Source: an uncultured Actinomycetes bacterium
GTDB lineage: Bacteria; Actinomycetota; Thermoleophilia; Gaiellales; Gaiellaceae
Length of the DNA stretch: 64,000 nucleotides
Direction of reading: 5' to 3'
NCBI GenBank assembly: GCA_963824775.1
Contig: CAWGQF010000011.1
Location: forward strand, 60,389-124,388
In this document: positions 50,531 through 59,177 of the stretch, in pieces
How the letters are laid out: each line of letters begins with the position of its first letter
Numbering within the stretch: the first letter of the stretch is position 1
Notes under the pieces: model-generated
Databases searched by the model: none
The model's input: the letters and a program-made list of their open reading frames with translations, nothing else
Told to the model about the DNA's origin: nothing
Position numbers and translations under genes: made by a program

Positions 50531-50937
50531 AGGCGCTGATCGTCGGCTGCGGCCGGGTCGGCTCGGCGCTCGCCCGGACGCTCAACGAGGCGGGCTGGGC
50601 GGTCTCCGTCGTCGACGAGACGGAGGAAGCGCTCGGCCGGCTCGGAGAGGCGTGGCCCGGTGAGTTCCACCTCGGGCACGGCATGGACACGGCCGTCCTC
50701 GAGCAGGCTGGGATCGAAGACGCGGACACGGTCATCGTCGCAACGGACGGCGACAACACGAACATCGTCGTTGCCCAGGTGGCGAAGAACCGCTACGGCG
50801 TCGAGTCGGTCGGCGTGCGCATCCTCGACCCAGCCCGGGCCGACTTCTACTCGGACCGCGGGCTGCACGTCGTCTCCCCGACGCGTGACGCGATCCAGTC
50901 GCTCGCGGCGTGGGCGACGAGGGACGGGCGCGGCTGA
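50527..50937 (+). CDS. trkA: TrkA-N (RCK, NAD-binding) domain protein.
   Basis: MKALIVGCGRVGSALARTL Rossmann start. 136 aa. Confidence 0.85.
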   Translation: MKALIVGCGRVGSALARTLNEAGWAVSVVDETEEALGRLGEAWPGEFHLGHGMDTAVLEQAGIEDADTVIVATDGDNTNIVVAQVAKNRYGVESVGVRILDPARADFYSDRGLHVVSPTRDAIQSLAAWATRDGRG

Positions 50938-51610
50938 TGTTCTGCGTCGTCGTGGGGGGTGGGAAGGTCGGCTCGAACGTGACCCGGACGCTGCTCGGTC
51001 TGCGGCCACGAGGTGGTCGTCGTGGAGCAGGACCGCGCGCGCTACGCCCGTCTCGACGAGGAGTTCGAGCACGCCGCCGTCCTCGGCGACGGGACCGAGC
51101 TCTTCGTCCTCGACCAGGCTGGGCTGCGCCGTCCGCCGGACGCGGTCGTCGCCGTCACGGGCGACGACGAGGACAACCTCGTCATCTGCCAGCTCGCCGC
51201 GCGAGCGCTACGGCGTGGGAAACGTGATCGCGCGGGTGAACGACCCGCGGAACCAGCAGCTCTTCGACCTCCTGGAGATCTCCCCGACCGTGTCGGCGAC
51301 CTCGATGGTGCTCGCCCTCATCCAGCACGAGGTGCCGGAGCACGAGCTCGTCCACCTGCTCGAGCTCCGCAAGGAGCACCTCGAGATCGTCGAGGTGGAG
51401 ATCGCAGCGGGCGCGAGCGCGGCCGGCAAGCGGATCGAGGAGCTTCGCCTCCCCGCAACTGCGCGGCTCATCTCGGTCATGCGGAACGGGAAGGCCGAGA
51501 TCGCCGTCGGCTCCACCGAGCTCCATCCCGGCGACCAGGTCCTCGCGGTCCTGGAGCCCGGCGGCGAGGAGGAGCTCCGCCGCCAGCTGCTCGCCGCCAA
51601 GTCGTCCTAG
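50937..51610 (+). CDS. trkA: TrkA family protein (RCK N- and C-domains). Two +1 frame breaks (about 51000 and 51200).
   Basis: MFCVVVGGGKVGSNV.. / ..HEVVVVEQDRARYARLDEEF..VTGDDEDNLVICQLA / ..RYGVGNVIARVNDPRNQ..VEVEIAAGASAAGKRIEELRLP... Confidence 0.8.
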
Positions 51611-52200
51611 AGCCCTGCGGCGAGCGCCCGTTCGACGGCTGCTTCAGCGGCCGCGACATGCTCGTGTGCTCGCACGACCCTGTCGTCACCCTCCTTCGTC
51701 CCGAGGTTGATGGCGACGAGGTTCGCCGTCGCCCGCGCGGCCGCGGCCGCGAGCACCGCTCCTGTCACCGCGTCGCCTCGCAGATTGGGGTTCCCGTTCT
51801 CCGCGGCGAGCGCGCCGAGGCTCGCAACCTCCGACGCGTCACGCGCGATCTCGAGGGGGATCGCCGCGGCACGCGAGAGCGCGTTGCCGATCGCGGTGTT
51901 CCTGACGTCCGGCTCGAGGCTCCTGGGGAGGCGGAGCGCGGTAAGAACATCCTCGTACGCCGCTCCGTCCGCGGGCGCGAGGGGTGCGAGGCGGCGTCGC
52001 AGCTCGTCGGCCCGGTCGACGACGTCGGCCGCATCGGGCCAGATCTCGGTGGAGAAGCGTGCCGCCATCGCGACGAGGCCCGCGCCCATGGCCGCGACGA
52101 GCGCGGCGGTCGAGCCGCCGCCGGGAGCGGGCTTCTCAGAGGCGATCGCGTCGAGGAGCTCGTCCACGCGCTGTGCGAGGAAGGTCTCCACGGTCGCCAT
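51607..52200 (-). CDS. Cyclodeaminase/cyclohydrolase family protein (FTCD C-terminal domain; methenyl-THF cyclohydrolase-like).
   Basis: Intact 197-aa all-helical protein. ..PAPGGGSTAALVAAMGAGLVAMAA.. is the hallmark of this family. Confidence 0.8.
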   Translation of the reverse strand: MATVETFLAQRVDELLDAIASEKPAPGGGSTAALVAAMGAGLVAMAARFSTEIWPDAADVVDRADELRRRLAPLAPADGAAYEDVLTALRLPRSLEPDVRNTAIGNALSRAAAIPLEIARDASEVASLGALAAENGNPNLRGDAVTGAVLAAAAARATANLVAINLGTKEGDDRVVRAHEHVAAAEAAVERALAAGL

Positions 52201-52213
52201 ACGGCGATTGTGA

Positions 52214-53881
52214 CTAGAACAGCCCGACGGTGTTGCCGTTCTCGTCGATGTCGATCGAGAACGCGGCCGGCTTGACGCCGTAGCCAGGCATGGTCTGCAT
52301 GTCGCCGAGCAGCGGGACGAGCCAGCCGGCGCCCGTGTACTGGCGAATGTCCCGCACCGTCACCGCGAAGCCGGTCGGCGCGTTCAGGAGCCCGGGGTCG
52401 TGGGAGATCGAGAGGTGCGTCTTCGCCATGCAAATGGGGAGCTTGTCGAAACCAACCTCGTTGAACTGCGCGATCTTCTGGCGGGCGGCCGGCAGGTACA
52501 CGACGTCGTCCGCGCCGTAGACGCGCTTGCAGATCGCGTCGATCTTCTCCTCGATGGACGCATCGAGCTCGTAGAGCGGTCGGAAGTCCGACGGCGCGTC
52601 GGCCGCGGCGACGACGGCTTCCGCAAGGGCCGTCGCCCCCTCGCCGCCGCGCTCGAACGCCTCGTTCACCTCCGCGGCCATCGCGCCGCCCTCCAGCGCG
52701 AGCCGCCCGAGCGTCTCGATCTCCTCGTCGGTGTCTCCCGGGAACCGGTTCACGGCCACGACCGCGTTCAGGCCGAACTCCTTCACGATCCCGAGGTGGC
52801 GCTGCATGTTCGCGGCGCCGCGCTCGATCGCCTCGGCCCCGCCCTCGGGATCCCCGCCGTGGTGCTTGAGCGCGCGGGCCGTTGCCACGAGCACGACCGC
52901 GCTCGGGCGCAGGTCGCCGACCCGGCAAACGATGTCGAAGAACTTCTCCATCCCCATGTCTGCGCCGAAGCCGGACTCGGTCACCGCGTAGTCGCCGAGC
53001 TTGAGCGCGCTGCGGGTGGCGACGAGCGAGTTGTTCCCGTGGGCGATGTTGGCGAAGGGCCCGCAGTGGAGGAAGGCCGGCTGGCCCTCCAGCGTCTGGA
53101 CGAGATTCGGCTTGATCGCGTCCTTCAGGAGCACCGCCATCGCGCCTGCGGCCTTGAGCTGCTCGGCGGTGACAGGCTCGCCCTCGTACGTGTAGCCGAC
53201 CGTGATCGCCCCCAGCCGCTCGCGCAGGTCGAAGAGGTCGCGGGCCACCGCGACGATGGCCATCACCTCGGAGGCCGCCGTGATGTCGAACCCGGTCTCG
53301 CGCACGTAGCCGTTCGTGCGGCCGCCGAGGCCGACGACGACTTGCCGCAGGGCGCGGTCGTTGATGTCGACGCAGCGCCGCCAGCTCACCGACAGCGGGT
53401 CGATCCCGAGCGCGTTCTTGTGGAGGAGGTGTGCCTCCAGGAGCGCCGCCAGCAGGTTGTTCGCGGCGCCGATCGCGTGGATGTCGCCCGTGAAGTGGAG
53501 GTTCATGTCCTCCATCGGGACGACCTGCGCGTAGCCTCCGCCCGCCGCGCCGCCCTTTATCCCGAAGACCGGCCCGACCGAGGCCTCGCGCAGGCAGAGG
53601 ACGGGGCTCTTGCCGATCGCGCCGAGGCCCTGCGTCAAGGAGACGGACGTGGTCGTCTTCCCCTCACCCGCCTTCGTGGGCGTGATCGCCGTGACGTCGA
53701 TCAGTTTTCCGTCCGGGCGGCCGGCGAGGCGGTCGAGGACGGAGAGGGAGACCTTCGCCTTGAACCGACCGTAGAGGTCGAACTCCTCCTCGCCGAGGCC
53801 GAGCTCGGCGGCGATCTCCGCGATCGGCCGAAGCTCCGCCTCCTGGGCGATCTCGAGGCTCGAAGGCATCTGGGTCGCCAT
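52214..53881 (-). CDS. fhs: Formate-tetrahydrofolate ligase.
   Basis: ..ITPTKAGEGKTTTSVSL.., ..FANIAHGNNS.., ..PICMAKTHLSISHD... Intact. ATG 53881 (MATQMPSSLEIAQ). Confidence 0.95.
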   Translation of the reverse strand: MATQMPSSLEIAQEAELRPIAEIAAELGLGEEEFDLYGRFKAKVSLSVLDRLAGRPDGKLIDVTAITPTKAGEGKTTTSVSLTQGLGAIGKSPVLCLREASVGPVFGIKGGAAGGGYAQVVPMEDMNLHFTGDIHAIGAANNLLAALLEAHLLHKNALGIDPLSVSWRRCVDINDRALRQVVVGLGGRTNGYVRETGFDITAASEVMAIVAVARDLFDLRERLGAITVGYTYEGEPVTAEQLKAAGAMAVLLKDAIKPNLVQTLEGQPAFLHCGPFANIAHGNNSLVATRSALKLGDYAVTESGFGADMGMEKFFDIVCRVGDLRPSAVVLVATARALKHHGGDPEGGAEAIERGAANMQRHLGIVKEFGLNAVVAVNRFPGDTDEEIETLGRLALEGGAMAAEVNEAFERGGEGATALAEAVVAAADAPSDFRPLYELDASIEEKIDAICKRVYGADDVVYLPAARQKIAQFNEVGFDKLPICMAKTHLSISHDPGLLNAPTGFAVTVRDIRQYTGAGWLVPLLGDMQTMPGYGVKPAAFSIDIDENGNTVGLF

Positions 53882-53987
53882 CGCTCGCGCGACGATATCG
53901 CCTCGTGATGGTTGTTCGGTGATGGGGTGCCGTCGGGCCACCAGCCGGAGGTGCCGGAATCACCGAAAAGCCATCTAGAATCGGCCG

Positions 53988-55115
53988 GTGGGCGAGGCGC
54001 TTCAGGGCGTGCGCGCGGCCGTATTCGACGGTCCGCGAGCGGTCTCGATCGAGGAGCTCTCGCTCGAGGCGCCGCGTCGAGAGGAGGTGCTCGTCCGGCT
54101 CGGGGCGAGCGGCGTCTGCCACTCGGACCTACACGTCGTGGACGGTGAGTGGCCGCGGCCGACGCCCGTCGTGATGGGACACGAGGGCGCGGGTGTCGTC
54201 GAGGCGGTCGGCGAGGGGGTCCGCGACGTCGCGCCGGGCGACCACGTCGTCCTCTCGTGGTTCTACTCGTGTCGCCGCTGCCGCCACTGCGTGGAGGGAC
54301 GCGCGTGGGCCTGTACCGGGACGCAGGCGGGACGATGCGTGCTGGACGACGGGACGACGCGGTTTCGGCGCCCGTCCGGGGAGGACGTCTACACGTATCT
54401 GGCGGTCGGATCGATGGCCGAGCGATCGGTGGTGCCCGAGGCGGCCGCGATCCCCGTTCCACGAGAGCTGCCGCTCGATGTGGCGGCGCTCATCGGTTGC
54501 GCAGTGACGACGGGCGTGGGTGCGGTCGTGAACACGGCGCGGGTTCCGGCCGGCTCATCGGTCGTCGTGCTCGGCTGCGGCGGCGTCGGGCTCTCGGTCG
54601 TCATGGGCGCGGCGCTCGCGGGTGCGAGCCCGATCGTCGCCGTCGACCTCTCGGGCGAGAAGCTGACCCTCGCGCGCGAGGTGGGCGCGACGCACGCCGT
54701 CCGCGGCGACGGCGACGTCGACGGTGAGGTCGTAGCGCTCACGGACGGCGGCGCCGACTACGCCTTCGAGGCGATCGGGCTCGTCCCGACCGTCGAGCTC
54801 GTGCCGACGCTCCTCCGCTCGGGCGGTGTGGGCGTCCTCGTCGGGCTGACCGCGGCCGGCGTCCGCGCCTCGTTCGACGTCTACTCGTTCGTGGACGCGG
54901 GAAAGACCCTCGTCGGCTCGATCTACGGCGGCGCGGTCCCCGCGGTGGACTTCCCGCGCCTCGCCCGGCTCTACCTGGACGGCAGGCTCCCGCTGGACAG
55001 GCTCGTGTCGCACCGGATCGGCCTCGACGACGTGGACGGGGCCTTCGCCGCCATGCGCCGCGGCGAGCGGGCCCGCTCGGTGGTGGTGTTCGAGGACGGG
55101 GGCGGTCGCCGCTAG
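53988..55115 (+). CDS. Zn-dependent alcohol dehydrogenase (class-III / thiol-dependent formaldehyde-dehydrogenase-like).
   Basis: GVCHSDLH, GHEGAGVVEAVG, CRRCRHC structural-Zn Cys cluster, VLGCGGVGLS. Intact 375 aa. Confidence 0.9.
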   Translation: MGEALQGVRAAVFDGPRAVSIEELSLEAPRREEVLVRLGASGVCHSDLHVVDGEWPRPTPVVMGHEGAGVVEAVGEGVRDVAPGDHVVLSWFYSCRRCRHCVEGRAWACTGTQAGRCVLDDGTTRFRRPSGEDVYTYLAVGSMAERSVVPEAAAIPVPRELPLDVAALIGCAVTTGVGAVVNTARVPAGSSVVVLGCGGVGLSVVMGAALAGASPIVAVDLSGEKLTLAREVGATHAVRGDGDVDGEVVALTDGGADYAFEAIGLVPTVELVPTLLRSGGVGVLVGLTAAGVRASFDVYSFVDAGKTLVGSIYGGAVPAVDFPRLARLYLDGRLPLDRLVSHRIGLDDVDGAFAAMRRGERARSVVVFEDGGGRR

Positions 55116-55167
55116 GTTACTCGCGCGCGCGTCTGATTTCGGGTCCCGACCCGCCCCCTGCTCGGCT
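55116..55167 (+). repeat. Left copy of a perfect 52-bp inverted repeat (GTTACTCGCGCGCGCGTCTGATTTCGGGTCCCGACCCGCCCCCTGCTCGGCT).
   Basis: It is the exact reverse complement of 59093-59144 and starts on the base after the adh stop codon. Confidence 0.95.
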
Positions 55168-55230
55168 CCAGCCTATCGCCCGAAACGCCACGCGTGGCGC
55201 ACCAAAGCGTGCCGAATTTGTGCCGAGTCA

Positions 55231-57967
55231 TCACCGGGCGGCAGGGCGAAGCGCGGGCCGCGCCGGCTCGATGCGGATCGCGCAGACCTTGTACTCGGGG
55301 ATCCCGATCAGCGAGTCGGTCACGTCGTTCGTGAGCAGGTTCACGCGTTGCTCGGCGAAGTGCAGCGCCATCCAGACGAGCCCGGGATAGACGCGGTCGC
55401 CGATCGCGGCCCGCGCCTCGATCTGGCCGCGCCGCGAGACGAGCCGCACCCAGTCGCCCTGCTCGACGCCGATCGCCGACGCGTCCTCGGGCGACATCTC
55501 GACGAACGGATCCTCCTGCTTGTCGGTGACGCCGTCCTCGCGCATGGTCATCGTCGCCGAGTTGTAGTGGTAGAGCGTGCGCCCGGTCGAGAGGACGAGC
55601 GGGTACTCGGAGTCAGGCTCCTCGATCGGCGGCTGGTACTCCACCGGGAAGAACTTGCCGCGCCCGCTGGCCCGTGCCGGCCTGGGCGCGTGGAGGTACG
55701 CCGTGCCCGGATCGTCGCGGTCGACGCACGGCCACTGAAGCCCGACCTCGTCGAGGCGGTCGTAGCGGATGCCCGACCATAGCGGCGCAAGGTCGGCGAA
55801 CTCGTCCCAGACCTGCTCGGCGCCCGAGTACTCCGGCCACTCGGCGCCCATCTCCTTGGCGAGGTCGAGCACGATCCGCAGGTCCTCGCGCGCGTTACCG
55901 GGGAGGGGCACCGCGCGACGCACGCGGTTCACGCGCCGCTCCGTGTTCGTGAACGTCCCCTCCTTCTCCGCGAAGCTCGAGGCCGGCAGGACGACGTCGG
56001 CGAACTCTCGCGCGGACTCGTTCAGGAAGATGTCCTGCGAGACGAGGAAGTCGAGCCCTGCGAGGCCGTGCTCGACGTGCTTCGCGTTCGGCTCCGTGTG
56101 AGCCGGGTTCTCACCGATGAGGTAGAAGGCGCGGATCCGCCCGTCCTGCATCCCCGAGATCATCTGGTCGAGCCTGTAGCCGGGGGTCTCGGGCACCTCG
56201 ACTCCCCAGCGCGCTGCGAACCTTGCGCGGATCTCGGGGTCGTCCGCCGGCTGGTAGCCGGGGAGGTAAGCCGGGTTGGCGCCCGCGTCATTCAACCCCT
56301 GGACGTTGTTCTGCCCGCGCAAGGCGTTCAGCCCGGTCGACTCGTAGCCGAGGTGGCCCGTCATGAGGACGAGGTTCGAGAGCGACCAGATGTTGTCGAC
56401 CGCACAGGCGTGCTCGGTGATTCCGAGGGTGTAGAAGATCCCCGCGTGCCGCTCGGCGGCGTAGTTGCGGGCCGTCCAGCGGATGTCCTCGGCCGAGACC
56501 CCGGTAGCCCGTTCGGCCTCCTCGGGCGTGTAGCGGGAGACGACCTCGCGGACGGCGTCGAAGTCCTCCGTGTGCTCGCGGATGAACTCGTCGTCCTGGA
56601 GGCCCTCTTCGAGGATCGTGTGCATCATCGCGTTCAGGAGCCACACGTCCGTCCCGGGCCGGAGCTGGAGGTGGCGTTTGGCGAGCTTCGTCAGCCAGAT
56701 CTTCCGGGGATCGGCGACGACGAGCGTCGCGCCCTTCCGCACCGCCTTCTTCATGCGGAGGGCAAGCACCGGGTGCGCCTCGGTCGTATTCGACCCGATC
56801 ACCAGGAGGAAGCGCGCGTTCTCGATCTCCGGGATCGAGTTGGTGCTGGCTCCTCTGCCTAACGACCTGACCAGGCCGTAGAGGGTCGGAGCGTGTCAGG
56901 TGGCTTCGCAGGAGTGGACGGAGTTCGTCCCGATCGCCGTCCGCGCGAGCTTTTGGATGAGGAAGTTCTCCTCCATCGTCAGCCGCGCCGATGCGAGCAT
57001 CCCGATCGTCTGCGGGCCGTGCTCCTCCTTCACACGGTTGAGCCCGTCGGCGGCGACCCGCAGTGCGTGCTCCCACGTCGTCGGGTGGAGCTCGCCGTCC
57101 TCGCCGCGGACGAGCGGGTCGGTGAGCCGATCCGGGTGATGGACGAAGTTGAACGCGAATCGTCCCTTGACGCAGAGGTTGCCTTCGTTCGAGCAGGTAG
57201 GTCGGGTCGGATGTCACCTTGACGATGCGCTTCGTCTCCGGATCGACATTCAGGTCGACCTGGCAGCCGACGCCGCAGTACGTGCACGTCGTCTTGACCT
57301 TCTCGAGCCCGCGCTCGGGCCGCTCCGTGCCCTCCTCGAACTTCTCGTAGATGGCGCCGGTCGGGCAGGCGGAGAGGCAGCCGCCACAGAGCTCGCACTC
57401 CGTGTCGAGCCAGGAATGGCCGTGCGTGGGGACGATGCGCGCGTGCGGCCCACGCCCCTCGAGCGAGAGCGCCGAGCACTGCATGACCTCTTGCGTGTAG
57501 CGGACGCAGCGCGCACACAGGATGCATGCGTCCGGGTCGTAGCCCATGAAACGGTTGCGGTCGTCGTACGGCTCGCGCCTCGAGTCGGGAAGGAGGAACG
57601 GCGCCTCCGCGTCGATCTCCTCCGCCATGTCGACGAGCTCGTTCGGCCGGCCACCCGGATCCGGGTTCACGTGCTCGGCGAGGAGCATCTCCGTCAGCGT
57701 CTTCCGGAACTGCGGGACGTCCGAGTTCGTCGAGACGACGAGGCCCTCGGCGACGCGCGTCGCGCAGGCCGGAAGCGGACGCGGCGAGCCCTCGACGCCG
57801 ACGACGCACATGCGGCAGCCGCCATACGGGTCGAGCTTGTCGTCGTGGCAGAGCGTGGGGATGAAGACGCCGTGACGGGCGGCCGCATGGACGAGAAGCT
57901 CGCCTTCGGGGGCGGCGACGGTCTTCCCGTCGAGCGTGAACTCGACGACCCTGGCCATAGCACTCAT
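55231..57967 (-). CDS. fdhA: Formate dehydrogenase alpha subunit (NuoG-like Fe-S N-terminus plus molybdopterin domain). It has an in-frame TGA (56898-56896) at the Sec/Cys Mo-ligand position and one +1 frame break near 57190.
   Basis: MSAMARVVEFTLDGK..CHDDKLDPYGGCRMCVV..CILCARCVRYT..CGGCLSACPTGA..TTCTYCGVGC (ORF 56288..58300). Then NEGNLCVKGRFAFNF..NSVHSCEAT-TGA-HAPTLYGLVRSLGRGASTNS.. continues into ORF 55231..56802 in the same frame. Confidence 0.9.
56852..56898 (-). other. UGA codon plus candidate SECIS-like hairpin 11 nt downstream.
   Basis: mRNA: UGA CACGCUCCGAC CCUCU-ACG-GCCU-GGUCAGGUCGUU-AGGC-AGAGG. This gives 5+4 bp with a 3-nt bulge and a 12-nt loop containing AGGUC. It was folded by eye only. 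Confidence 0.4.
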
Positions 57968-58021
57968 CGTAACGCGCCACACCCCTGGTCGACTCACGCC
58001 GAGCGGTCTTAGACTTGTGGT

Positions 58022-58367
58022 GTGTCGACGCCCGAGAGCGAGCGTGCGCAGGTGGGGCAGGAGTTCGAGGCCGCCTTCGCTGCGCGGAAGGAACTCGGCG
58101 CCGAGCTCGAGCCTCAGGTGGTCGACTCCTTCATCGACCGCATCGACCGCAAGATCCAGGCGAGGGTGGATGCGCGGTTGAAACGCGCCGACGTCGACAA
58201 GAACGAATCGAAGGAACGCGATCGGGGTCACACTCGGGTCGCTCGGGATCGGCATTCCGCTCACGGGTGCCGCGGGAGGAACGACGGGCCTCGGCGGCAT
58301 TCTCGTCGTCTGGATCGGGATCGTACTCGTGAACTTCGCGTACGCCTTCGGACGCTCGCGTCGCTAG
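58022..58367 (+). CDS. Hypothetical protein with a C-terminal membrane anchor. One +1 frame break at the G4 run near 58225.
   Basis: MSTPESERAQVGQEFEAAFAARKELGAELEPQVVDSFIDRIDRKIQARVD.. is followed in the next frame by GVTLGSLGIGIPLTGAAGGTTGLGGILVVWIGIVLVNFAYAF. Confidence 0.5.
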
Positions 58368-58377
58368 TCTCGCCGCA

Positions 58378-59022
58378 GTGAGCGAGCCTGGCTACAGGGC
58401 CATGCACATCTCGGAGCTCGAGTCCGTGCCGGTGGGGGACAGCCTCGTCTGGCGCCCCGTGCGTCGGACGTTCGGCATCGAGGCGTTCGGCGTGAACGCC
58501 TACACCGCCGAGAACCCCGGCGACGAGATCGTCGAGGAGCACGATGAGAAGGGCTCCGGTGCGGGCGGCCACCAGGAGCTGTACGTCGTAATCGCCGGCC
58601 ACGCAACGTTCACGGTCGACGGCGACGAGATCGACGCCCCGGCGGGCACGCTCGTCTTCCTCCGGGATCCCACGGTGCGCCGGGGCGCGCACGCGAGGGA
58701 GCCGGGCTCGACGGTGCTCGCCGTCGGGGGTGAGCCGGGCGTCCCGTACCGGGTGTCTCCGTGGGAGTACTTCTTTGCCGCGATCCCGTACACGAAGACA
58801 GGTGAGTGGGAGCGCGCGGCCGACACCGTCGCGGAGGGACTCGAGCGCTACCCCGACAATCCGAGCGTCCTCTACAACCTCGGCTGCTTCGAGGCGCAGG
58901 CAGGCCGGCGTGAGGGTGCGCTCGAGCATGTCCGGCGCGCCCTCGAGCTCGACCCCAAGGTTCGCGAGTGGGCGAAGGACGACCCGGATCTCGACTCGAT
59001 CCGCGGCGAGCTCGATCTCTGA
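58378..59022 (+). CDS. Cupin-domain protein with a TPR-like C-terminal extension.
   Basis: Intact 214 aa: ..EEHDEKGSGAGGHQELYVVIAGHATFTVDGDEIDAPAGTLVF.. (cupin), then ..ERYPDNPSVLYNLGCFEAQAGRREGALEHVRRALELDP.. (TPR-like). Confidence 0.7.
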   Translation: MSEPGYRAMHISELESVPVGDSLVWRPVRRTFGIEAFGVNAYTAENPGDEIVEEHDEKGSGAGGHQELYVVIAGHATFTVDGDEIDAPAGTLVFLRDPTVRRGAHAREPGSTVLAVGGEPGVPYRVSPWEYFFAAIPYTKTGEWERAADTVAEGLERYPDNPSVLYNLGCFEAQAGRREGALEHVRRALELDPKVREWAKDDPDLDSIRGELDL

Positions 59023-59092
59023 TCCGGCACAGAGTCGCGCGCAAATCGGCACGTTTTGCGCGCCACAGGTGCGGAATTTGGAACTAGGATGA

Positions 59093-59144
59093 AGCCGAGC
59101 AGGGGGCGGGTCGGGACCCGAAATCAGACGCGCGCGCGAGTAAC
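59093..59144 (-). repeat. Right copy of the perfect 52-bp inverted repeat.
   Basis: Exact reverse complement of 55116-55167. It lies 33 nt downstream of the stop (59178-59180) of the minus-strand NuoE/F-like gene. Confidence 0.95.
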
Positions 59145-59177
59145 TGGTCCAGGCTTGTCCAGGCGCCTCGGCGGGGT

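Noticed and set aside
53882-53987. Riboswitch (ZTP/pfl or THF type) in the fhs leader, since fhs is a common ZTP-regulated gene.
   Set aside because: The leader has a GGTGAT...ATCACC stem, but I could not find the conserved pfl-motif elements (the GGGTCGTGAC-like 5' part and the CCGCCTGGGC-like 3' part).
55116-55167. The 52-mer as a rho-independent terminator shared by adh and the nuoEF-like gene.
   Set aside because: The best internal hairpin is only CGGGU-CCCG-ACCCG (5 bp) and has no U tract after it, so it is not a convincing intrinsic terminator.
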